Position numbers and translations under genes: made by a program
Shown here: piece after piece, positions 9,560-18,557 of the stretch
Position numbering within the stretch: position 1 is the first letter of the stretch
Layout of the letters: the number at the start of each line of letters is the position of its first letter
Notes under the pieces: model-generated
Databases searched by the model: none
What the model was told of the DNA's origin: nothing
What the model saw: only the letters and a program-made list of their open reading frames with translations
DNA from: a virus
Taxonomy: Duplodnaviria; Heunggongvirae; Uroviricota; Caudoviricetes
Virus record (IMG/VR): IMGVR_UViG_2609459840_000009
DNA: 38,416 nucleotides
Reading direction: 5' to 3' (one strand)

Positions 9560-10300
9560 TCAGTTTTCTTTGAATTTTTCACTTAATCGTTTCGTCAATA
9601 CTTCGACAGATTCTTTGCGACCGGAGAACAAGTCATTGACGACGTACTCCATAATCTCAAAAGCATCCTCAATGTCTTTGACTTTTACTTCATCGTAGGT
9701 ATGGCTTCCGGCATTTCCTAAAAATTTAATTGCCATAAGAGGTCTTGAAAACGATCCGTATAATTCAGGTAGCATCCCTAAACGGTGGTGTAGAGTTATG
9801 CGTTTGCCATTATCATTACGTTCAGCTACATCCATAGCAGTTAGCATTCTTTCAACTGAAATTCGAATTAGGTTTGCTGCTGCGCCAGGCTGTATTAGGA
9901 AAATGGAAAATGAGGCTTCAAGCGGTTCGGTAATTTCTTTTGGGCATTTTTCAGGTATTTCGAAAGGATGCAGTGATGGGTAAAAGGTGAAAGGTCTATA
10001 CCATTGATAGTACTCAATATCATTTCTTTCTTCATCCCAACCTTGTTCCCATCCACTCTTACCAGTACAGGCCACAACTTCACCACATTGCATTCTTGAA
10101 CAGCGGGCCATGCAACTGAAAATAGATGAATCCATTTCTAGTTCAAACCAATCTTCACTGCGGAATTTTCGGGTATCATGTGTGTCATACGAGACGAAAC
10201 TTTCTTTAATGATCTGTAGGGTTTTCTGATTGCAGTTAGGGCAGGGCCACTCAACCTGCATATCGTGGAAAAACGCACCAGAGAGCTTGTGCACAGTCAT
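9560..10300 (-). CDS. cargo protein: N-terminal Cys-rich (zinc-ribbon-like) region, C-terminal DUF4145-like (possibly HEPN-like) region
   Basis: 246 aa ORF with ATG 10298-10300 and GAGGAA RBS. Cys cluster (CPNC ... CMARCSRMQCGEVVAC) and C-terminal motif IKFLGNAGSH reminiscent of DUF4145, from memory. AT-rich, in the P2 tin/old hotspot position. Confidence 0.6.
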   Translation of the reverse strand: MTVHKLSGAFFHDMQVEWPCPNCNQKTLQIIKESFVSYDTHDTRKFRSEDWFELEMDSSIFSCMARCSRMQCGEVVACTGKSGWEQGWDEERNDIEYYQWYRPFTFYPSLHPFEIPEKCPKEITEPLEASFSIFLIQPGAAANLIRISVERMLTAMDVAERNDNGKRITLHHRLGMLPELYGSFSRPLMAIKFLGNAGSHTYDEVKVKDIEDAFEIMEYVVNDLFSGRKESVEVLTKRLSEKFKEN

Positions 10301-10707
10301 TCTTTGTGTTCCTCATTTTTATGATTGGTAGGGATTGTATCTTCATACACGATTACAGTTGCATTAAAGATAAGCCATAGCAAGCTACTGGAAAAGAGAC
10401 GAAACAGTTGGGCATATCAGATGTTTTTTCTTAAGGTAAGTTGTTGTGCATGCCTATACTGCATGAGATTGCATGATCGTTTGAGGATCGTTATTGCTAA
10501 GGCCCACCAGAACTGGCGGGCTTTTGCGTAGATCATGCAGGTGCATGAAAACCACTACATAAAGCGGGCAGGCGTGGCGGGGATACGAGCGCGCGCTGTG
10601 CTGTGTGGTATAGGCCTTAATTTAGTATGATTCAATAGTGTCGGGAGCTTTGCGCTGATCAGTCCTAAGTTATATGATAAGAAAAATGCATAAAAAAGGT
10701 TCGGTTC

Positions 10708-11682
10708 ATGGGGTTAGGATTAAAAGACGCTATTGTGCATACCGCTGCGTTTCATCAAAAGGAAACTAATGAATTGCAATTGCCAAACAATCATTGGCAT
10801 CCTGGTTTTATCACTGTCTTAGCAGCTTACGTGAATCATCACAAAATTACCGAAGATAACTGTGTTTTGTCATGCCCGGGCTATATGCGAGCTATCAATT
10901 TACATGGTGCTTTATGGGGAGAGGATCAGTATCAACAGGAACGTGTAAATGTTGGAAGAAATTACAGTTTGGTTACAGCATTAACCAATGTTGAAGCTGT
11001 TGACGTTGCCACTGGTAGTATTAACAGTTGTGTAAGGCAGTTAACATTCCCTGATCGTGATCCGAGAGATTGTCCCAAGGGACTTACAGATCTAACCCAT
11101 GTTATAGGTGAGCTTCACGATAACGTTTGGTCGCATGGAAAATCAACGGGTTTTTCTTTTGCACAACGTTCGGCTGTACCCCACACTCAAAAAAAAGAGC
11201 ACTATTTAGAATTTTCTTTGGCGGACTGTGGGTTAGGATTTCTCCGAGAATTGCGGCGAGCTGGTATACCCGGAATTGAGACTCACCAGGATGCGATCGC
11301 ATGGTGTATTCAAGAGGGACATTCATCTAAGCATGCTGATTTGCAGGATGATTGGGCACAGCAGCTTCCCCAGGACTTTATTGGGGGTAGTGTGTTTGGC
11401 CACGGGGTTTCGGTCAAAGAAAAAGATAATAATCATCAAGGGCTTGGGTTGTATCACTTGATGAAATTGATAAAAACATATAATGGGGAATTGCAACTGG
11501 CTTCAGGAAATGTATGCTTAGAAGCAATAGGTGATGAAGTGAGCTATACTGAATTACGTACTGAATGGCCGGGTGTAGCAATTTCTTGCCGTTTTAAGAT
11601 TCATGAACTGGCAGTCGATAAAGATAGCGAAGAAAATGACCCTCAGCTTATGGAAATAATGCGGGCGTTAGGAGGAGAGTAA
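10708..11682 (+). CDS. cargo protein: GHKL/Bergerat-fold ATPase (histidine-kinase-like ATPase, RsbW/anti-sigma-kinase-like) with an unassigned N-terminal region
   Basis: 324 aa ORF with ATG 10708. N-box-like ELHDNVWSHG, G1-box-like DCGLGF and G2-box-like GLGLYHL are visible in the translation. AT-rich. Confidence 0.75.
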   Translation: MGLGLKDAIVHTAAFHQKETNELQLPNNHWHPGFITVLAAYVNHHKITEDNCVLSCPGYMRAINLHGALWGEDQYQQERVNVGRNYSLVTALTNVEAVDVATGSINSCVRQLTFPDRDPRDCPKGLTDLTHVIGELHDNVWSHGKSTGFSFAQRSAVPHTQKKEHYLEFSLADCGLGFLRELRRAGIPGIETHQDAIAWCIQEGHSSKHADLQDDWAQQLPQDFIGGSVFGHGVSVKEKDNNHQGLGLYHLMKLIKTYNGELQLASGNVCLEAIGDEVSYTELRTEWPGVAISCRFKIHELAVDKDSEENDPQLMEIMRALGGE

Positions 11683-12020
11683 TGAACAAAATCGCATACA
11701 AGTTACCCGAGGGTGACCTGGCTTCGCGCAATCAGGCTATCCCCCAACGACACAAGATTGAAGGGTTCATTAAAGAAGGGTATACCGTAGATTTAGATCT
11801 GAGCGGTGTTTATTCAATTTCAGAATCATACTCTGATGAAATCTTTGGTGTTTTGGTAGTGAAATTCGGTGTAACCAAAGTTTTGAGTCAAGTTAAGGTT
11901 CGCAATGCACCCCCTTCAATTTTAAAAAGTATTGCAAAAGTGATCCAACGCCGTAGTAATGAAGTAGCATCAAAAAAGGTTCATTCCGTTGGATTTGATG
12001 GTTTATACGCCGTTTGTTAA
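11682..12020 (+). CDS. cargo protein: small STAS-like (DUF4325-like) protein, putative partner of the GHKL ATPase
   Basis: 112 aa from ATG 11682 overlapping the upstream stop (TAATG), with strong GGAGGAGA RBS. Motif VDLDLSGVYSISESYSDEIFGVL resembles DUF4325/STAS-like proteins, from memory. Confidence 0.65.
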   Translation: MNKIAYKLPEGDLASRNQAIPQRHKIEGFIKEGYTVDLDLSGVYSISESYSDEIFGVLVVKFGVTKVLSQVKVRNAPPSILKSIAKVIQRRSNEVASKKVHSVGFDGLYAVC

Positions 12021-12041
12021 TATATGGTTAGTTAGATAAAA

Positions 12042-12068
12042 GGCGCTGAGATTAGCGCCTTTTCTTTT
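12042..12068. terminator. candidate bidirectional rho-independent terminator between the convergent cargo operon and portal gene
   Basis: GGCGCT-gagatt-AGCGCC hairpin at 12042-12059 followed by TTTTCTTTT, with an A-run upstream. Confidence 0.5.
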
Positions 12069-13104
12069 ATTCCTGAACACCTAAAACATAGTCATCAAAA
12101 CGTATTACTTCTGCACCCACCCATTCGTTTAGTTCATGTAGTCGCTTCTGTAGTGGCATCAATTCATTGCGAACAAATACAAGACTAGCCTTCTCCACAT
12201 CCCCAAAACCCCCAACATTATTTGGCATAATCCCCATCATCTGTGGCGGAACGCGATGTGCTGCCATCATGTCATCGCGGCTGACATTTTTGATATTCAG
12301 AAACTCATCCTTCGCCGCAACTTCTGACAAAGGGATGATCTGAAGGCCGTCCTTTTTGCCGTTAGGCGAGTACATAAACAGGTTGCGGAAGTTGCCTGGA
12401 CCTTTGGCGCTTTTCATCGCGTTGCGGAGATTGTTCACATCCTCCTGATTCTGCGCGGCGTCGGTCATGTACATGATGAAGCCTGCATGGCTGCCGTTGA
12501 TGTAATACTTACGGCGGAACAGCGTGGCGGACTCATTGAGCAGGGCTGACGGAATGGCAGAAAGATAGCCGGGCAGGCCGTAGATCTCCTGGTTAATGTC
12601 CGGTTCCATCAGATGAAAGATGCTGCCTTTCGTGAACTGATACGGCTGTGTTGTCATACCGTATTGCACAAACCAGTAGGTTTCTAGGTCTAACCCGCGT
12701 CGGGTGTATTTTGCCAGGGCCGGTTCAAGGGCGATAACTTCACCGAAGCGGTTCGTGCGTTTCTCCAGGTAGGCGTTACCAAATACCAGATAGTCCTGCA
12801 CAAAACGTGAAAAAGCCTGCTGGCTGAGCAGCGGGTGAGGGATGTAGGTACTGGTCAGAATGTTGCACTTTACTGCAATCGGGGAACTGTGATGCACAGC
12901 AGCGCGGAAGGTGCGCGCCAGTCCGTCAAAGCTGACAGGAGGCTCATACCAGCGATCTGTCTGTACGCATTCCACATAGTCCAGCAGTTCGCGGCGGTCA
13001 AGTACTGGAATGGGATCACCGAAGCTGAATGCTTCGGCTGTAGTCTGGCTTTTAAGCTGGCTCTGTTTCGTCGCCGCAGCGCGGTTCTTCTTACTCTTTC
13101 CCAT
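12067..13104 (-). CDS. Q: portal protein (P2 gpQ family)
   Basis: 345 aa from ATG 13102-13104 (the ORF track adds an upstream TTG codon). Convergent with the cargo island and downstream of P, as in P2. Confidence 0.92.
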   Translation of the reverse strand: MGKSKKNRAAATKQSQLKSQTTAEAFSFGDPIPVLDRRELLDYVECVQTDRWYEPPVSFDGLARTFRAAVHHSSPIAVKCNILTSTYIPHPLLSQQAFSRFVQDYLVFGNAYLEKRTNRFGEVIALEPALAKYTRRGLDLETYWFVQYGMTTQPYQFTKGSIFHLMEPDINQEIYGLPGYLSAIPSALLNESATLFRRKYYINGSHAGFIMYMTDAAQNQEDVNNLRNAMKSAKGPGNFRNLFMYSPNGKKDGLQIIPLSEVAAKDEFLNIKNVSRDDMMAAHRVPPQMMGIMPNNVGGFGDVEKASLVFVRNELMPLQKRLHELNEWVGAEVIRFDDYVLGVQE

Positions 13105-14870
13105 CAAAAAATCTCCACAATATTGCTGGTATTGGCGGACTCGCCCTGCAGCGGTTCGTTAAAGAGTGCGTGCATTGTTGCCCAGGCCAGATCGGCATGG
13201 CTGGCTTCTTCGCTGCGGCTGGCTTCATAGGTCGGGCGGTTGCCGCTGGCGGTGGTGGCGCGACGGATTGCCATGAATGACTGCGCAATGTCGGTGTGTC
13301 CGGCGTCAAATTCTAGGCGGCGGTGACTGATAATGTCGTAGGCCTTGAGTACCAGGGCGTTTTTAACGTTGGGGTTGTAGACAAACTCCCGGACGGCAGG
13401 AAAGAATGCTTTCACGTTCTCATAAACCCCGTGGCCGACGCCAGTTGAGTCGATGCCGATGTATGTCACGTTGTACTGTTCGGTCAGTTTTTTGATGGCG
13501 TCAGCCTGGGCGCGGAAGTCCATCCCGCGCCACTGGTGACGCTCAAGAATGCGGAACTTACCGCCCGGCACGGCTGGCGGTGCCACCACTACGCATCCGG
13601 CGCTGTCGCCGTTTTGCGTACCTTTTGCCGGGTCATAACCGATCCACACTTCGCGCCAGCCAAAGGGGCGCAGAGCCAGTGCATGAAAGTCGGTCCAGAC
13701 TTCCCAGCTGTCTACCATGCACGCCTGCAGCTCGCTGAGCGGGAACACGGACGCGAGATCGTCCACGAACTCGCACATCAGCAGGTTCTGGTATTCGTCC
13801 GGGCTGTACTCCATGCGCAACTGGTCAAGGTCGAACAGGTTACAGCCGCCGCGCACCGCATCTTCCACGGTGACTATCTGGCGGTATTGCCCGTCTGCGC
13901 ACAGCAGGCCGGGGGCCAGATTGCTGTGGGACAGGTCGATGTCCACCTTATCGGCTTTGTTGCGCCCACGGTTGAACAGCGCACCGGACCAGAACGGATA
14001 AGCACTGTGTGTCAGACTGGATGGCGTGGAAAAATAGGTTTGTCGCCATTTTTTGTGAATAGCCATACCGGAAGCCACTTTGCGCAGCTCCTGGAATTTC
14101 GGTATCCAGAAATATTCATCCAGATACAGGTTGCCGTGGTAACTCTGGGCCGTGCGGGCATTGGTGCCGAGGAAGTAAAGCGTGGCCCCGTTAGGAAGCA
14201 CCATCGGATCGCCTTTCAGCTCCACCTCCACTTCTTTGGCAAAGTCGATGATGTACTGTTTAAAGACGTGGGCCTGAGCCTTGCTGGCAGAAAGGAAAAT
14301 CTGGTTACGCCCGGTCAGCAGGGCGTCAATCAGGGCTTCACGGGCAAAGTAAAAGGTCGCGCCGATCTGGCGTGACTTCAGCAGGTTGCGGATGCGGTTG
14401 GTTTTTCCAGCTTCCCACCAGTGGCGCTGGTAGTTGAACATAGAGGAATGGAAGATTTCTTCCAGCTTCTCAATCTGTTCATCGGTGAAAACATTCTTTT
14501 CCGGCTGACGGCGCGGGCCTTTGTTGCGGTTGGCGACGTTTGGGTTTAAGTCGGCTTCGTTGCCGCCATTGTTAAACTTGCCGATCCGCGCGTGGCGTTC
14601 CGACTGGCGCGCCAGCAGGTCAATCTCTTTGAAATCTTTCCCTTCTTTGTGCTCCTTCATAATGAGCTGGCAGTAGCGTGCGGCGGTGGTGAGCTGCATC
14701 TGATCCAGTGGCCCATAGTCACCCCACTTGTCGCGTTTTTTCCAGCTGTGAACGGTTGCAACTTTCTCGCCCAGCATTTCAGCAATGCGGGCTACGCGGT
14801 ATCCCTGAAAGTACAGCAGCATGGCCTGCCGACGGGGATCGAGATCTGCGGGTGTCAGTGTGGTGTTCAT
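13104..14870 (-). CDS. P: terminase large (ATPase) subunit (P2 gpP family)
   Basis: 588 aa with ATG 14868-14870; its stop overlaps the Q start. Size and position match P2 gpP. Confidence 0.92.
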   Translation of the reverse strand: MNTTLTPADLDPRRQAMLLYFQGYRVARIAEMLGEKVATVHSWKKRDKWGDYGPLDQMQLTTAARYCQLIMKEHKEGKDFKEIDLLARQSERHARIGKFNNGGNEADLNPNVANRNKGPRRQPEKNVFTDEQIEKLEEIFHSSMFNYQRHWWEAGKTNRIRNLLKSRQIGATFYFAREALIDALLTGRNQIFLSASKAQAHVFKQYIIDFAKEVEVELKGDPMVLPNGATLYFLGTNARTAQSYHGNLYLDEYFWIPKFQELRKVASGMAIHKKWRQTYFSTPSSLTHSAYPFWSGALFNRGRNKADKVDIDLSHSNLAPGLLCADGQYRQIVTVEDAVRGGCNLFDLDQLRMEYSPDEYQNLLMCEFVDDLASVFPLSELQACMVDSWEVWTDFHALALRPFGWREVWIGYDPAKGTQNGDSAGCVVVAPPAVPGGKFRILERHQWRGMDFRAQADAIKKLTEQYNVTYIGIDSTGVGHGVYENVKAFFPAVREFVYNPNVKNALVLKAYDIISHRRLEFDAGHTDIAQSFMAIRRATTASGNRPTYEASRSEEASHADLAWATMHALFNEPLQGESANTSNIVEIF

Positions 14871-14916
14871 GGCACAAACCTACAGCCTTGAATGAAGGCT
14901 TTCCCCGCCTGCGGTT

Positions 14917-14934
14917 TGTGTGGTTGTCGGTACA
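14917..14934. promoter_or_regulatory. Ogr-type late-promoter activator site (TGT-N12-ACA dyad) upstream of O
   Basis: TGTGTGGTTGTCGGTACA has TGT-N12-ACA, centred about 87 bp upstream of the O start codon in the divergent P/O intergenic region. Confidence 0.45.
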
Positions 14935-15012
14935 AATACCGCGCATTGTTTCACTGCCCCCATCACCGCAACCATAAGGCTCCAGTAAGTTTTTTCTAAC
15001 GGAGCACGGCTC

Positions 15013-15846
15013 ATGACAGTGAAAGCAAAGCGTTTTCGCATCGGGGTGGAAGGTGCCACTACCGACGGACGCGAAATCCAGCGTGAATGGCTGGAACAGA
15101 TGGCAGCCAGCTACAACCCGGCGGTGTATACCGCGCTGATTAACCTTGAGCACATCAAGTCTTATCTGCCGGACAGCACCTTTAACCGCTACGGCAAGGT
15201 GACGGCGCTGTTTGCTGAAGAAATCACGGAAGGTCCGCTGGCGGGCAAGATGGCGCTGTATGCCGACGTTGAGCCAACGGAATCCCTGGTAGAGCTGGTG
15301 AAAAAAGGCCAGAAATTATTCACCTCTATGGAAGTCAGCCCGAAGTTTGCTGATACGGGCAAAGCCTACCTGGTCGGCCTGGCTGCCACTGATGATCCCG
15401 CCAGTCTGGGCACTGAAATGCTGACATTCAGCGCCAGTGCGGCCCATAACCCGCTGGCAAACCGCAAGCAGAATCCTGCCAATCTCTTTACCGCTGCAGA
15501 GGAAACGGTGATCGAACTGGAAGAAATCCAGGATGACAAACCGTCCCTGTTTGCCCGTGTCACGGCGCTGTTCGCCAAAAAAGAGCAGTCCGATGACGCC
15601 CGATTCTCTGATGTGCATAAGGCCGTGGAGCTGGTCGCCACTGAGCAGCAGAACCTGAGCGCACGCACCGAAAAATCCCTGTCTGAGCAGGAAGAACGCC
15701 TGTCTGAGCTGGAGACTGCTCTGCAGGAGCAGCAAACCTCCTTTAACGAACTGGTGAATAAGCTGAGTCATGAAGACAGCCGCCAGGACTATCGCCAGCG
15801 TGCAACAGGCGGTAACGCCCCCGCTGACACTCTGACCAATTGCTGA
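15013..15846 (+). CDS. O: capsid scaffolding protein (P2 gpO family)
   Basis: 277 aa with ATG 15013; first gene of the rightward late operon. Confidence 0.9.
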   Translation: MTVKAKRFRIGVEGATTDGREIQREWLEQMAASYNPAVYTALINLEHIKSYLPDSTFNRYGKVTALFAEEITEGPLAGKMALYADVEPTESLVELVKKGQKLFTSMEVSPKFADTGKAYLVGLAATDDPASLGTEMLTFSASAAHNPLANRKQNPANLFTAAEETVIELEEIQDDKPSLFARVTALFAKKEQSDDARFSDVHKAVELVATEQQNLSARTEKSLSEQEERLSELETALQEQQTSFNELVNKLSHEDSRQDYRQRATGGNAPADTLTNC

Positions 15847-15862
15847 TGGAGCACAAAACCTG

Positions 15863-16921
15863 ATGAAGAAGAATACCCGCTTTGCTTTTAACGCTTACCT
15901 GCAGCAGCTGGCGCGTCTGAATGGTGTGGCAGTTGAAGAACTGTCCAGCAAGTTCACCGTGGAGCCATCCGTGCAGCAGACGCTGGAAGACCAGATCCAG
16001 CAGTCCGCTGCTTTCCTGACGCTGATTAATGTCACCCCGGTGACTGAACAGTCCGGTCAACTGCTGGGGCTGGGTGTTGGTAGTACCATTGCCGGAACCA
16101 CTGATACCTCCGCGAAAGAGCGTGAACCCGTCGATCCGACGCTGATGGTCGATGTGGAATACAAATGCGAGCAGACCAACTTTGACACGGTGCTGACCTA
16201 CGCGAAGCTGGACCTGTGGGCGAAGTTTCAGGATTTCCAGGTGCGTATCCGTGACGCCATCGTGAAACGTCAGGCACTGGACCGCATCATGATCGGCTTT
16301 AACGGCGTGAAGCGTGCGAAAACCTCCAACCGTAGTGAAAACCCGCTGCTGCAGGATGTGAACAAAGGCTGGCTGCAGAAAATCCGTGAGGATGCACCGG
16401 ATCACGTCATGGGCAGCACCACCACGGGCGGTGAAACCACACCGGGCGCGGTGAAAGTCGGTAAAGGTGGCGAATATGCCAACCTGGACGCCGTGGTGAT
16501 GGATGCGGTCAATGAGCTTATCGACGTGGTCTACCAGGACGATGACGATCTGGTGGTGATTTGCGGTCGTGAACTGTTGTCTGACAAGTATTTCCCGCTG
16601 GTCAACAAAGAGCAGGAAAACAGTGAAAAACTGGCTGCCGATATGATCATCAGTCAGAAGCGCATGGGTGGCCTGCAGGCCGTGCGTGCGCCGTTCTTCC
16701 CACCGAATGCGCTGCTGATCACCCGTCTGGATAACCTGTCCATCTACTGGCAGGAAGACACCCGCCGCCGTTCAGTTATCGACAACCCGAAACGTGACCG
16801 GATTGAAAACTTTGAATCTGTTAACGAAGCCTATGTGGTTGAGGACTACCGCTGCGCCGCACTGGTGGAAAACATCCAGATTGGCGACTTCAGCGCCGCC
16901 GCAGCAGAAACCGGAGCGTAA
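15863..16921 (+). CDS. N: major capsid protein (P2 gpN family)
   Basis: 352 aa with ATG 15863. Strong resemblance to P2 gpN as I recall it (FNAYL...KFTVEPSV...INFD...DLWA..FQDFQ.RIR). Confidence 0.93.
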   Translation: MKKNTRFAFNAYLQQLARLNGVAVEELSSKFTVEPSVQQTLEDQIQQSAAFLTLINVTPVTEQSGQLLGLGVGSTIAGTTDTSAKEREPVDPTLMVDVEYKCEQTNFDTVLTYAKLDLWAKFQDFQVRIRDAIVKRQALDRIMIGFNGVKRAKTSNRSENPLLQDVNKGWLQKIREDAPDHVMGSTTTGGETTPGAVKVGKGGEYANLDAVVMDAVNELIDVVYQDDDDLVVICGRELLSDKYFPLVNKEQENSEKLAADMIISQKRMGGLQAVRAPFFPPNALLITRLDNLSIYWQEDTRRRSVIDNPKRDRIENFESVNEAYVVEDYRCAALVENIQIGDFSAAAAETGA

Positions 16922-16924
16922 TCC

Positions 16925-17575
16925 ATGAGCCTGAGTCCCGCACGGCAGCATCGCCTGCGCGTTCAGGCTGAGCAGGCCGCCCGTGAGGGTGGCAGTGTTC
17001 GCCACGCGTCGGGCTATGACCTGATGCTGCTGCAACTGGCGGAAGACCGCCGCCGTCTCAAGGGCGTTCAGTCCACGGTGAAAAAAGCGGAAATCAAGGT
17101 GGAGCTGCTGCCGAAATATGCCGCCTGGGCGGAGGGCGTCCTGGCTGCCGGAGGCGCTCAACAGGATGACGTGCTGATGTACGTGATGCTGTGGCGCATT
17201 GATGCCGGAGATTATGCCGGGGCGCTGGAGATCGGGCGTCATGCCCTGCGTCATGGCTGGGTGATGCCGCTGGGTAACCGCAACGTGCAGACCGTGCTGG
17301 CAGAGGAAATGGCAGACGCGGCGCAGAGCGCAATGCTTGCCGCCACCGGCTTTGATGCCGATCTGTTGCTGCAGACGCTGGAGCTGACAGACGGTCTGGA
17401 TATGCCGGACCAGTCACGGGCGCGTCTGCATAAAGCGATTGGCGCTGTCCTGAGTGAAAGCAATCCGGCTTCCGCCCTTAATCATCTCAACCATGCGTTA
17501 CAGCTCGATCCCCGCTGTGGCGTGAAAAAAGACAAACAGCAGCTGGAGCGCAGACTGCGCAATGACAGCCGCTGA
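16925..17575 (+). CDS. M: terminase small / endonuclease subunit (P2 gpM family)
   Basis: 216 aa with ATG 16925; resembles P2 gpM (RHASGYDLMLLQLAEDRRRLK...GAQQDDVLMYVMLWRID). Confidence 0.9.
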   Translation: MSLSPARQHRLRVQAEQAAREGGSVRHASGYDLMLLQLAEDRRRLKGVQSTVKKAEIKVELLPKYAAWAEGVLAAGGAQQDDVLMYVMLWRIDAGDYAGALEIGRHALRHGWVMPLGNRNVQTVLAEEMADAAQSAMLAATGFDADLLLQTLELTDGLDMPDQSRARLHKAIGAVLSESNPASALNHLNHALQLDPRCGVKKDKQQLERRLRNDSR

Positions 17576-17670
17576 CAGAACGTGCCCCCGCGCACGGGCG
17601 GCACGGGGTGGCGAAAGGCACCGCCACATCAAAACCCCGTCCACCGCCCTCTATTTCAGGAGAAAGCAGC

Positions 17671-18135
17671 ATGAAGTTTGTTGCGCCAGAACAGGCACCG
17701 GAACAGTCGGAAATCATCAGAAATACGCCGTTCTGGCCTGATGTGGACCTGTCGGAGTTCCGCAGTGTGATGCGCACTGACGGCACGGTGACGCAGCCGC
17801 GTTTAAAGCAGGTTGCGCTGTCGGCAATTTCGGAGGTCAACGCAGAGCTGTATGAGTTTCGCAGACGCCAGCAGATGCTGGGATATGCCTCGCTGGCAGA
17901 GGTTCCGGCGGAACAGCTGGACGGCAAAAGTGAGCGCATTCAGCACTATTTCAACGCGGTTTACTGCTGGGCACGCGCCATGCTCAACGAACGATACCAG
18001 GACTATGACGCCACGGCATCCGGTGTGAAGCGGGGCGAAGAACTGGCAGAAACCAGCGGTGATTTGTGGCGTGACGCCCGCTGGGCCATCAGCCGGGTAC
18101 AGGATGCGCCGCACTGCACAGTGGAGCTTATCTGA
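17671..18135 (+). CDS. L: head completion/stabilisation protein (P2 gpL family)
   Basis: 154 aa from ATG 17671 with AGGAGAAAG RBS (the ORF track starts at an upstream GTG). Confidence 0.85.
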   Translation: MKFVAPEQAPEQSEIIRNTPFWPDVDLSEFRSVMRTDGTVTQPRLKQVALSAISEVNAELYEFRRRQQMLGYASLAEVPAEQLDGKSERIQHYFNAVYCWARAMLNERYQDYDATASGVKRGEELAETSGDLWRDARWAISRVQDAPHCTVELI

Positions 18136-18338
18136 TGAAAGTGCGTGCGCATCAGTATGACACGGTGGACGCGCTTTGCTGGCGTCATTACGGGCGCACG
18201 CAGGGTGTCACGGAGCAGGTACTGAAGGCAAATCCGGGGCTTGCCGAATACGGCCCCTTTTTACCTCACGGGCTGCAGGTGGAGCTGCCGGACATTCCGA
18301 CAACCACCACCGTGCAGACCGTCCAGCTATGGGACTGA
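18135..18338 (+). CDS. X: tail protein X (P2 gpX family)
   Basis: 67 aa; ATG overlaps the L stop; matches P2 gpX in size and sequence character (YGRT.GV.E.VL.ANPGLAE). Confidence 0.85.
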   Translation: MKVRAHQYDTVDALCWRHYGRTQGVTEQVLKANPGLAEYGPFLPHGLQVELPDIPTTTTVQTVQLWD

Positions 18339-18341
18339 ATT

Positions 18342-18557
18342 ATGACGCTTGAGCGAATCAGCGCCTTTATCACGTATTGCATCGCCGTCGTGCTGGCCTG
18401 GCTGGGCGATTTGTCCATCAAGGATGCCTCAACGCTGGGCGGCCTGATGATTGGTGTGCTGATGCTGGCTATCAACTGGTACTACAAACACAAAGCCTAC
18501 CAGCTTCTGCGCGACGGGCAGATCTCGCGGGAGGATTATGAATCCATCAATCGTTAA
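18342..18557 (+). CDS. holin (small membrane protein)
   Basis: 71 aa with hydrophobic helices, immediately upstream of and overlapping the endolysin gene. Confidence 0.7.
   Translation: MTLERISAFITYCIAVVLAWLGDLSIKDASTLGGLMIGVLMLAINWYYKHKAYQLLRDGQISREDYESINR

Noticed and set aside
12021-12066. Possible cos site at the junction before portal Q, where cos sits in P2
   Set aside because: I could not recognise a P2-like cohesive-end sequence by eye; the only clear signal here is a terminator-like hairpin, so cos is not called.
13536-14375. 279 aa plus-strand ORF inside the terminase large subunit gene
   Set aside because: Fully antisense to the well-supported P gene; Arg/Ala/His-rich translation with no recognisable motifs.
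15743-16405. 220 aa minus-strand ORF overlapping the major capsid gene
   Set aside because: Antisense to N, which matches P2 gpN strongly; composition typical of shadow ORFs.
17576-17670. GC-rich sequence between M and L that might form a terminator-like structure
   Set aside because: I could not identify a clean stem followed by a U-run; likely just the leader and RBS region for L.
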